From Candidatus Latescibacterota bacterium (GTDB lineage: Bacteria > Latescibacterota > UBA2968 > UBA8231): 64,000 nt of DNA. Below, in pieces: positions 7,372 to 15,875 of the stretch. Position numbers and translations under genes: made by a program. Each line of letters opens with the position of its first letter. Within the stretch, counting starts at the first letter, position 1. The notes under the pieces are model-generated. The model searched no databases, was not told the origin of the DNA, and was given only the letters and a program-made list of their open reading frames with translations. The stretch spans positions 1,792,001 through 1,856,000 of the forward strand of contig CBDETY010000003.1 of the NCBI GenBank assembly GCA_965243025.1. Direction: 5' to 3'.

Positions 7372-10110
7372 CTACAGATCAAGACTCAGACGTCCATAGT
7401 AGAACCCGCCATTGGTGCCGAACTGGGTGACCCGCCGGCTGTACAGAAAGCCCCGGGAACCGATGTTGGCCTCTTTCCGGTGCTCCTCCGGGAAGGTGTT
7501 CAACAGGTTGTTGGCCCCGGCGGACAAGCGCACCCCCGGGAAAACCTCGCAGGCAACATCCAGATCGATGAGGGTCTTGCCCCCGAAGGTCTCGTCGTGA
7601 TCCTCTTTTATCGGTTTGTATTCAACTGAGCCGTAGTAGGTTGCGGCCGCCAGGATGCCGACACGGTTGAGGTGGTAGCGAGCGGACAGGTTGAACTTGC
7701 TCCCCGGCAAGGCGTCCTCGAAGCGGTTCCGCTCCTCGCGGTTGAACAGGGTGCTCCTGATGATTTCGCGTTCGGAGTCGTTCGGAGTCCGGCCATTCGC
7801 CTGCCGGAAGGCGGCGATGAGTTCCTCGGGGATGTTGACCGCCTCGACAGAGGTGCCGGAGAGGCTGGCGGCGGCGGAAAGGGTCAGCGCCCCGGTCCCC
7901 ACGCCGGCGCCGTACGAGGCCACCAGGTCTGCCCCGCGGCTGGAGGTATTCACCGCGTTGGCGAAAAACTGGGCCTGGGTCACCCCGGCTCCCCGGAACG
8001 GCTCGAGAATTGCGCCGAACGCATCGTTGCTTGCCGAGAAGCGGCTGGTCAGCACGATTCGGTCGTCAATGGAGATGCGGTAGAAATCGGCGCTGATCGA
8101 GAGATTCCTCCGGGGACGGGCGGTGATTCCCCCGCTGAGGTTGACCGACGTCTCCGCAGCCAAACGCCCGATGCCGAATTCCCTGGCGACGGCGCTCCGG
8201 TTGTTGGCGGTGAGCACCTCCCTCGGGACCAGTTCGCCGGTCTCCTCGTCCGCCACGAACTGCGTGCTTACACTGTTGAACCAGACCTGGTGCAGCGACG
8301 GGGCGCGGAAGCCGTTGCTTGCGGTGGCGCGCACTGCCAGCCTGTTGTGCAATCCCAGCCGCATTGCCAGCTTGCCGTTGGCCGTGCTGCCGAAGTCGCT
8401 GAACTGCTCGAAACGACCCCCGACGTCCACTGTCAGCCTTTCGGAAACCTGGTTCTCCAGGCCTGCATAAGCGCTGATGCTGTTGCGGAAGCGGTCGACC
8501 TCGTTGGCGGGCCGGAATCCGCCGAAGACCTGGGATCCTGCCGCCTTCAGACTGCCGCTGGCGGTGGTATCGTAGTCGACGCCGGCAGTCAGTCTGGAGA
8601 TATCGCCCGGGTCTCCATTACCCAGGGAATAGGACTCGAACTGGCCGGCCTCGATCCGGTAGTTCTCGACGCGGAATTCACTCCCCAGGACCAGGGTCGC
8701 CCTTTCGACCGCTTCGAGCCCCAGGGGGCGCACCAGGTCGAGATTGCCCGAGGTCTGACTGAAACCGAGTCGCCCGGCATCGAAGGAAACCGGGCTGGCG
8801 GCCCCCATGGAGGCGTTGTTGGTGTTCTCGATGTTCCACTGGAAGCTGTTGCCCCCCCGGGTCAGACTGAAATCGACGTCCCAGGCACCCCTGGCCCCGC
8901 GCACTCCGGCGCTGAAGGAGCGGTCCTCGATATCCGGGTTGATCTGGGGCAGGAAGCCGTCGGGGTAGAGTTCGAACACCACCCTTTCCGGCTGGCTGCC
9001 CGGAAGGCGGTAAAACCCCGTGGCCCTGCCCCTGCGGTACGACAGTCCCCCGGAGCTGTAGAGCTGGGCTCCACCCCCCAGCGGATACACGGCGTTGTAG
9101 AAGCTCGCGCCAACCGTCGCCTTGCTCTGGCCGATCTTCATGTTGAAGGCGTCTCCCGGCAGGCCGTTCTCATTGAGCCACGTGGTGTCGGTCCCGGTGT
9201 AATGGCCCCCGCGGGCGGTGCGGCCGCGATCGAAAAACTCCCCGGTCACGGTGATGAATCCCCCGTTCTCCAGGGCAAAACCGTAGTTCACGTCGGTCTT
9301 GACCTGGTCGCCGTCCCCTTCCCCGGTGGTTCCCATCAAGCTGTTGAGTTGGAGGCTCTCCGTGTTCTCCTTGAGAACGATGTTGATTACCCCTGCTATG
9401 GCGTCGGAGCCGTACTGGGCCGCGGCCCCGTCGCGCAGAATCTCGATGCGCTCGACCGCAGCCTTGGGAATGGCATTGAGGTCAACCCCCACGGTGCCCC
9501 GTCCGAAGGTGCCGTTGACGTGCACCAGGGCGCTGGAGTGACGCCGCTTGCCGTTGACGAGCACCAGCACCTGGTCGGGACCGAGGCCGCGAAGGCTGGC
9601 CGGGTCGATGTGATCGCTGCCGTCGGCAATGCTCTGGTGGGAGGCGTTGAAGGAGGGGGCGAGCTGGCGCAGGGTCCGGTTGATCTCGGTTTCGCCGGAT
9701 TGGCGTATCTCGCTCTCCGACAGGACATCCACCGGGGCGGGCGTTTCCAGGGCAGTGCGAACCGTCCGCGATCCGACCACCACCACTTCGTCCCCAGCCA
9801 AGGCCTGTCCGACGAGTTCGAATTCGACATCCACCGTGTCCCCGGCGGCGACCTCGACAGCCTGCCTGGCGGACTGGTAACCGATGAAGGTCACCTGCAG
9901 GGTATGGGAACCTGGAGATACTAGCAGCTGGAAACGCCCTTCCCGGTCCGAAACCGTCCCCCGGGCGGTGCCCACGACATGCAGACTGGCCCCTGGAAGA
10001 GGACCGGCGAATTCGCTGTCGGAAATCTGTCCCCTGATCGTTCCAGGCCGCGCCAGCAGCGGAGCGGCCCCCAGGAACGCAACAGCGGCAAGGTGAAACA
10101 TGGTGCGCAT
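7372..10110 (-). CDS. TonB-dependent receptor with N-terminal carboxypeptidase-regulatory-like domain
   Basis: Signal peptide from ATG 10110; EVVVVGSR; plug motifs LRGLGPDQVLVLVNGKRRH and IERIEILRDGAAAQYGSDAIAGVINI-like; GFRAPS. Confidence 0.93.
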   Translation of the reverse strand: MRTMFHLAAVAFLGAAPLLARPGTIRGQISDSEFAGPLPGASLHVVGTARGTVSDREGRFQLLVSPGSHTLQVTFIGYQSARQAVEVAAGDTVDVEFELVGQALAGDEVVVVGSRTVRTALETPAPVDVLSESEIRQSGETEINRTLRQLAPSFNASHQSIADGSDHIDPASLRGLGPDQVLVLVNGKRRHSSALVHVNGTFGRGTVGVDLNAIPKAAVERIEILRDGAAAQYGSDAIAGVINIVLKENTESLQLNSLMGTTGEGDGDQVKTDVNYGFALENGGFITVTGEFFDRGRTARGGHYTGTDTTWLNENGLPGDAFNMKIGQSKATVGASFYNAVYPLGGGAQLYSSGGLSYRRGRATGFYRLPGSQPERVVFELYPDGFLPQINPDIEDRSFSAGVRGARGAWDVDFSLTRGGNSFQWNIENTNNASMGAASPVSFDAGRLGFSQTSGNLDLVRPLGLEAVERATLVLGSEFRVENYRIEAGQFESYSLGNGDPGDISRLTAGVDYDTTASGSLKAAGSQVFGGFRPANEVDRFRNSISAYAGLENQVSERLTVDVGGRFEQFSDFGSTANGKLAMRLGLHNRLAVRATASNGFRAPSLHQVWFNSVSTQFVADEETGELVPREVLTANNRSAVAREFGIGRLAAETSVNLSGGITARPRRNLSISADFYRISIDDRIVLTSRFSASNDAFGAILEPFRGAGVTQAQFFANAVNTSSRGADLVASYGAGVGTGALTLSAAASLSGTSVEAVNIPEELIAAFRQANGRTPNDSEREIIRSTLFNREERNRFEDALPGSKFNLSARYHLNRVGILAAATYYGSVEYKPIKEDHDETFGGKTLIDLDVACEVFPGVRLSAGANNLLNTFPEEHRKEANIGSRGFLYSRRVTQFGTNGGFYYGRLSLDL

Positions 10111-10255
10111 CGTTTTTTCTCTGTCTCCAGGATGGTTCCCCCAGATTCCCGGGGGGGACCGGAGCATGTCAATCCATGAACTCACGTGGTTTCGAGATAC
10201 TTACCCAGCTGTCAAACATACCAATCCAGTTTCGCCTTTTCCTGCGCCCGCCTCC

Positions 10256-11434
10256 TCACCTGGATGCAAGGCTCGTCATCAGCTCCCCAAGCCGCTCGAG
10301 TTCGCTTCCGGGCATCTCGGGATCGAACGGCAGGTAGAGGGCGTCGGCCAGCCGCTCTGCTCCAGGCGCAATGGAGCGGCCGTCCGATACCACGCCAAGC
10401 CGCTCGGACATGGCGTCGAAACCCTGTCGGCGCAGTTGGCTCTTCACCGCTTCCCGGTCGCGAACCAGAACCGGGACCATCCAGTAGGAATGGGTGCGCG
10501 CCTGGCGCGTCGGAAGCGCGACCTCGCGGCCCAGAGTGCGGAACAAGGCCCCCCCCGGTTCAGCGCGCCGGGTCACTGGCCCCTCCCCTTCCCCAAGCCT
10601 TCGTTCCAGCATGCCGAGAAGAGCCGCGCATGGACGTCGGCGGATGTAGCCCATCAGCGGCTCGCGAGGGACATTGCGCGTGAGAGCTCGTATCCAGCCT
10701 TCGCGGTCGAGTCCCAAGAGGTTTGTCGAGGAGACCAGAGCGGCGAAAATCGACGGATTCGATGCGCCTTTCAGGACGCCGTAAAGAAGCACACGGCGCA
10801 AGTACTCACTTGTCGCCTGGACCGGGTCCCGCTCCAGAAGAGCCCTCATCTCGGCGCGCAGTTGCGGCTGGCGGACCCGGGCGATGGCCCCGCCGAAGGC
10901 GGTGGCGATCTTCATGGGCCCGAAGGAAAAGAGGGTAAGGTCGGCTTTCGGGTGTCCGGACCAGCAGGGTCCCGCGTAGGCCTGGGCACAATCCTCCACC
11001 ACCGCGGCGCCATGCCGGCGGGCAACGGCTACCGCCGGATTCACGTCGACGCGGGCCCCGAAGAGGTGGGCGAGAACGATTGCCCGGGTGCGCGGCCCGA
11101 TAAGCTGCTGGAGTGCGCGCGCGTCCCACGCCGTCGTCAACGGGTCGATGTCGAGAGGTACCGGCCGCAGGCCATGCTGCCGTGCAATGTGCGGCATGTC
11201 CGGAACGGTCAGGGCACTGAAGATGATCTCGTCACCAGGGTCCCATTTCTTCGCCCTCAGGTAAAGGTCGAAGGCCGAACGCACCGTGAGACAGGCGATT
11301 GTGTTACGGTCGGCAGACCAGAGGTTCTCGATTCGTGCGGTGACGCTGTCACGCCGCGGCGCAGACAGGCAGGCCTTGAGGGCGAAACGCCAGTCCCCCC
11401 AGGTAAAGTCAAACCGCTTGCAAGGCCAGACCAT
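10256..11434 (-). CDS. DegT/DnrJ/EryC1/StrS-family PLP-dependent aminotransferase-like protein
   Basis: AHLFG, VEDCAQA, FSFGPMK (PLP lysine) motifs. Confidence 0.8.
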   Translation of the reverse strand: MVWPCKRFDFTWGDWRFALKACLSAPRRDSVTARIENLWSADRNTIACLTVRSAFDLYLRAKKWDPGDEIIFSALTVPDMPHIARQHGLRPVPLDIDPLTTAWDARALQQLIGPRTRAIVLAHLFGARVDVNPAVAVARRHGAAVVEDCAQAYAGPCWSGHPKADLTLFSFGPMKIATAFGGAIARVRQPQLRAEMRALLERDPVQATSEYLRRVLLYGVLKGASNPSIFAALVSSTNLLGLDREGWIRALTRNVPREPLMGYIRRRPCAALLGMLERRLGEGEGPVTRRAEPGGALFRTLGREVALPTRQARTHSYWMVPVLVRDREAVKSQLRRQGFDAMSERLGVVSDGRSIAPGAERLADALYLPFDPEMPGSELERLGELMTSLASR

Positions 11435-11597
11435 GCGTGTCGGTCAGGTGCTTCAGGTAGTCGGAAACAGAGGGGGACCCGTGGTTGCGATCTGATCGTC
11501 GAAGCGGAAGGGATGAGGAGCTGACCGCCATTCTTTACTTACCTGGAGGGAGTCCGGGGTCGTCGGCATGCACCCCAACTCAATACGTCGGGTACGG

Positions 11598-11632
11598 AAA
11601 GACCCCGAGGGAAAACACCCCTCGGGGTCTTT
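11598..11632. terminator. Strong hairpin downstream of tRNA-Asn (probable terminator)
   Basis: Perfect 14-bp stem AAAGACCCCGAGGG-7 nt-CCCTCGGGGTCTTT. Confidence 0.7.
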
Positions 11633-11661
11633 AAAAAAATGTCGCCTGAATCGGCGGAAGA

Positions 11662-11737
11662 TGGCTCCGGCGGTAGGATTCGAACCTACGACCAATCGGT
11701 TAACAGCCGACCGCTCTGCCAGCTGAGCTACGCCGGA
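11662..11737 (-). tRNA. tRNA-Asn (GTT)
   Basis: 76-nt cloverleaf TCCGGCG...CGCCGGA-GCCA, anticodon loop CT-GTT-AA, T-loop GGTTCGAATCC, encoded CCA. Confidence 0.97.
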
Positions 11738-11760
11738 ATTTTCCTCAGGTTGAAAAGCTG

Positions 11761-11789
11761 AAAGTAGCCCCCGCCCGGGAGGCTGTCAA
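11761..11789 (-). promoter_or_regulatory. sigma70-type promoter of tRNA-Asn
   Basis: Minus strand TTGACA-17 nt-TACTTT. Confidence 0.65.
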
Positions 11790-11816
11790 TTCAGAAGGAC
11801 TGCTTTCCAGCCTCTT

Positions 11817-12668
11817 TCAGTCTTCGCCGTAGTACTCCTTCAACACCTCGCTTCGGTTGGGATGCCGCAGCTTCTGCAAAGCCTTCTCCTTTATCTGGCG
11901 AACCCGTTCCCGTGTACGTCCGACATGCCTTCCGATCTCTTCGAGGGTCATGGGTTGCTGTCCATCCAGACCGTAATACATCCGCAGCACGCGCGCCTCC
12001 CCTTCGGTCAGGGTCTCCATGGCGCTGCGGATCTCGTCCCTCAGCTTTACCTCCGACAGGACTTCGTCGCAGGCCGGAAGGGTCTCGTCCGGCAGCAGAT
12101 CGCCAAGGCAGCGATCGGCTTCGCCATCATCGCAGGGAGTCTCCAGAGACACCGGGCGTTGTGCCATCCGCAGCAGCAGATCCATACCGTCGGGATTGAC
12201 ATCGAGTTCGGCTGCAATCTCGTCGCTTTCCGGGGGACGCCCGAGCCGCTGCTCCAGCTTGGTGAGGACTTTGTTGACCCGGGTCAACTCCCCGATCCGG
12301 TTGAGCGGCAGCCGCACGATGCGCGACTGTTCGGCCAGCGCTTGCAGGATTGACTGCCTGATCCACCAGACGGCGTACGAAATGAACTTGAACCCCTTCG
12401 ATCCGTCGAAGCGCCTGGCGGCCACCATCAGCCCCAGGTTGCCTTCGTTTATCAGGTCCGAAAGCGGCAGTCCCAGATTCTGGTACTGCTTGGCGACACT
12501 GACGACGAAGCGAAGGTTAGCCTGCACCAGACGGGCGAGTGCGCTTTCGTCTCCCTCCTTGATCCGTTTGGCAATTTCGATTTCGTCCTTCGCCGATAAT
12601 CCGACCGAATCCTCGATCTCGTGGAAATACTGATCGACCAGGGTATCGGTCTGAAGCGTGGAAGTCAT
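11817..12668 (-). CDS. RNA polymerase sigma-70 factor, RpoD/SigA family (short form without region 1.1)
   Basis: ANLRFVVSVAKQY, DLINEGNLGL, KFISYAVWWIRQ, TLEEIG...TRERVRQI. ATG 12668 has a GAGGGG RBS. Confidence 0.93.
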   Translation of the reverse strand: MTSTLQTDTLVDQYFHEIEDSVGLSAKDEIEIAKRIKEGDESALARLVQANLRFVVSVAKQYQNLGLPLSDLINEGNLGLMVAARRFDGSKGFKFISYAVWWIRQSILQALAEQSRIVRLPLNRIGELTRVNKVLTKLEQRLGRPPESDEIAAELDVNPDGMDLLLRMAQRPVSLETPCDDGEADRCLGDLLPDETLPACDEVLSEVKLRDEIRSAMETLTEGEARVLRMYYGLDGQQPMTLEEIGRHVGRTRERVRQIKEKALQKLRHPNRSEVLKEYYGED

Positions 12669-13127
12669 GGAACACACCCCTCTTTCGCAAGTGGCGAAAA
12701 TGGCGCACAATCCGCCTTGCCGCCTCGCAGGCAAGCAGATCAAGAAGACGAACTCTTCGCACTTGGCACCGCCGCTGAAATAACGGCGGCCGCTGTGCTG
12801 TCCGATCTACTCGGGGAGGAGATCGAACGCAGGGGAACTGACGGTCTGTCTCAGTGACGGTTCGTCAGTGTGGGGAAGGCGAAACAACTCCGCGCGGGGA
12901 AGCGCGAAAGGGAGCCGAGACAAACAGATACTATCTATGGGGAGTATTGAAAACTACGACATGGGTCTGAAACTGATCAACCCGAAGGAGCAATGTTTCT
13001 GGTATAGGATAGACCGGGGAGCGATTGCAACCATTGCGATGCGAGCCCTGGTCGTCGAAGGGAGATCGCGACCGAAGAAGCTCTGACGACAAAGGGAGAT
13101 CGCATCTGGGGTGTCGAATTCCGCCAA

Positions 13128-13155
13128 AATATAGCATAAGCGTCAGAAATTACAA
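13128..13155 (-). promoter_or_regulatory. Putative promoter for the sigma factor gene, ~450 nt upstream of its start
   Basis: Minus strand TTGTAA-16 nt-TATATT with extended -10 TG, in an AT-rich patch. Confidence 0.5.
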
Positions 13156-13564
13156 CACTTTTTTATCAGGTTCGGTTCCCGTGGATTGCCCTGACCTGGT
13201 CCGGCTCCCCCGCTGCTGGAAACGATCTCGGGGATCGAAAGTCCTCCCCTGTCAGGAAACTTCACATGCGGTGAACCGCAAAAACAAAGGAGCAAGGCAA
13301 CGGAACTGGACAATCGAATCCGGCCCCGGTTGCCCGGCAGTAACTGAATCCCCAGTCCCGATTCCGTTGAGGCAGGACCACCCCTCGACGGCCAAATCCT
13401 TTTCCCTGTCTGAAACGGGCCGGCAGGGTGTCCCGTTTTATCAGCCTGCCTCAACAATGTCGAGGACAAAGCGGATCGGCTTTCATTTCTGGTCGATGGA
13501 CAAACCTCCCAGTATATTCTGCCACCTCGGCGAGCACAGCGAAATCCAACTGCAATGAACTTCC

Positions 13565-14338
13565 TTGAGCAGCTCCGATAACTGTCCATTCCGCCTCGAC
13601 GGAAAACGCGCCGTAATTACGGGGGGGGGTCGTGGTATCGGCCGCGCCGCCGCCATCGCCCTGGCCCGCTGTGGGGCCGAGGTAACCGTGATAAGCCGCA
13701 CACGCGAGCAATTGGAAGCGACTGTCTCCGCCATCCATGAGATCGGAGGGACAGGGACCGCCCTCGTCGGCGACATCGGCGATCCGGAAAGTATCGAGGC
13801 CCTGGTCGAAAAACTGGGGAGGTATGGTACACCTGACATCCTGGTTAACAACGCAGGGGTCAGTCCAGTCGTCAAACCGACACAGGAAATCGAGCGCGAG
13901 GAGTTTGCGCAGATCCTGGGGATCAACCTGAACGGCACATTTTATCTGCTGCGCATGCTTGCGCCGGGGATGCTCGGGCGTGGGAGCGGCTCGATCATCA
14001 ACGTGACGTCGATTGCTTCCCAGCGCGCCCTGCCTTTGCTGGCAGCCTACAACGCCAGCAAAGCTGCCCTCGACGAACTGACGCGAACCATGGCAGTCGA
14101 GTGGGCGCCATCGGGAGTGCGCGTCAACTCCGTCGCCCCGGCATACATCGAAACAGAGATGACGGCCGCCGTCAGGGAGCGGGAGAAACTCAAGCGGGCA
14201 ATTGTCCGGCGCACCCCGGTCGGCCGCCTCGGCAAGCCTGAGGAGGTAGCTTGGGCGATTGTCTTTCTCGCCTCGGACGAAGCCAGCTACATCACCGGCC
14301 ATACATTGTTCGTCGACGGAGGCTGGACCTGCCTTTGA
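13565..14338 (+). CDS. Short-chain dehydrogenase/reductase (classical SDR)
   Basis: TGGGRGIG, NNAG, YNASK, ITGHTLFVDGG motifs. Confidence 0.92.
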   Translation: MSSSDNCPFRLDGKRAVITGGGRGIGRAAAIALARCGAEVTVISRTREQLEATVSAIHEIGGTGTALVGDIGDPESIEALVEKLGRYGTPDILVNNAGVSPVVKPTQEIEREEFAQILGINLNGTFYLLRMLAPGMLGRGSGSIINVTSIASQRALPLLAAYNASKAALDELTRTMAVEWAPSGVRVNSVAPAYIETEMTAAVREREKLKRAIVRRTPVGRLGKPEEVAWAIVFLASDEASYITGHTLFVDGGWTCL

Positions 14339-14364
14339 CTTGCCACCTCTTGGGGCCTGGGCGG

Positions 14365-15810
14365 CTACTCCTTCGACTCGGCGATCACCTGCAAAGCCAG
14401 CTGCTTGCAGCGGTCGATGTCGTAGTCGCGCAGGATCGTGATCTTCTGGGCTTCCAGCGATCCTTCGGCATGGATCGACAGCAGTTCGTTGTAGCCGCCG
14501 AAATCCGAAGCGGTCAGATCCCGCACGAGATTGAAGGCCCTCAGCCGGTCATCGGTCGCAACCCCCCCGGCGCCGCCTAGAAACCGCTCGATGTACTCAC
14601 TGGTGTCGGGATTCTCCAGGTCTTTCTCCGAGGGTCCGGTTACCACCAAGCCTCCGGCGATGTCCTGCACCCAGCAGACCGCCTGGTGGTAATTACTGGC
14701 GAAGTAGTACTTCGCCAGATTGGTCAAAATCACGTTCGGCACCGCAAGGCCGTCACCGGTGAGGCGGCAATCGAAGGCCGCGGCACGGCCGAGCCCGCGC
14801 ACGGTTTCCGTCCAGGCGATCAGCTTCGTCAGCTTTTCACGCACATGGCTGGGTTTTTCGATGCCGTTGTACTCCGCCAGAAGAGCCGCGGCCCCTATGA
14901 ACATGTCACACAGGGGTGGCTTGTACGACACCGCGGTGAAGCGGTGGAACTCGACGAAGGTATTTGCCAGAAACCCGGCCGCCTGCCACTCCCCCTTGAG
15001 AAACACGTTCTCGTTGGGAATGAAGACATCGTCGAAGACGGTCAGGGTGTCGACGAGCCGGTGGCGTGAGCTGACAGGGTGGTGAAATCGGCTCGGCTCG
15101 GGTGAGCCGAACGGACTGGCGATCAGCTTTACTCCCTCGGCGCCCACCGGGACCGCGAAGGCGACGGCGTACTCCGAGTCCGCTTCGCCGATGGCCCGCG
15201 TCGGAATGACGACGAGGTAATCGACAAAGGGTGAATTGGTGGTGTGAGCCTTTGCTCCGCGCACTACGATTCCGTCGCTGCGCTCCTCGACAATGTGCAC
15301 GTAGTAATCGGGGTGTTCCTGTTGGGAAGGCAACAGGCTGCGGTCCCCCTTGGCATCGGTCTGGGCAACCGCCAGGGCGAGATCCTCGCGCCGGCATTTA
15401 CGGTGAAATGCGGCGACCCGCTCACCGTAGTTCGTTCCCGCCTTTGCATCGACCACCCTGGAAACGAGATCGAGAGCGAAAAGAGCGTCGGTGCCGATCT
15501 CCTTTATCAGCAGCACCACGCTGCCACCCAGCCGGGTCGAACGCTCGATCATCTCCCTGCGGTTCAGCAGGTCCTCGGTACCTGCCGGCTTTTTGAAGTA
15601 ACGGCTGCTCAACTCCCCGTCCTCATCTTCGTACGCAAAGAGACCGCGATGATCGGGATCTTCGGCGAGCCGGTAGTCGAGAGCCACGTGCTCGCAGCAG
15701 ATACCGAGGTCGGGATGGCTGGTCACGTCATCGACCCGCTCCCCTTTCGAGTAGACGGCCCTTCCGTCCCGCAGTCCGGCCTTGAACTCCTCCTCCTTCC
15801 GAAGTCCCAT
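14365..15810 (-). CDS. 4-hydroxyphenylacetate 3-hydroxylase / 4-hydroxybutyryl-CoA dehydratase family flavoprotein
   Basis: LRDGRAVY...VDDVTSHP, AQTDAKGDRS, DGIVVRGAKAH, VFDDVFIP, QDIAGG, HAEGS. Confidence 0.85.
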   Translation of the reverse strand: MGLRKEEEFKAGLRDGRAVYSKGERVDDVTSHPDLGICCEHVALDYRLAEDPDHRGLFAYEDEDGELSSRYFKKPAGTEDLLNRREMIERSTRLGGSVVLLIKEIGTDALFALDLVSRVVDAKAGTNYGERVAAFHRKCRREDLALAVAQTDAKGDRSLLPSQQEHPDYYVHIVEERSDGIVVRGAKAHTTNSPFVDYLVVIPTRAIGEADSEYAVAFAVPVGAEGVKLIASPFGSPEPSRFHHPVSSRHRLVDTLTVFDDVFIPNENVFLKGEWQAAGFLANTFVEFHRFTAVSYKPPLCDMFIGAAALLAEYNGIEKPSHVREKLTKLIAWTETVRGLGRAAAFDCRLTGDGLAVPNVILTNLAKYYFASNYHQAVCWVQDIAGGLVVTGPSEKDLENPDTSEYIERFLGGAGGVATDDRLRAFNLVRDLTASDFGGYNELLSIHAEGSLEAQKITILRDYDIDRCKQLALQVIAESKE

Positions 15811-15875
15811 CGATCAGAATCCTCCTGACCCGTTTCGCATTTCGATTGCCACCCTCCTTCGCCCCTTTGGGTAAA

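Noticed and set aside
7672-9924. Long antisense or alternate-frame ORFs (e.g. 7672-9924, 33624-35789, 28774-30216, 57455-59017)
   Set aside because: They are shadows of real genes in GC-rich DNA, with no family motifs and full overlap with well-supported CDSs.
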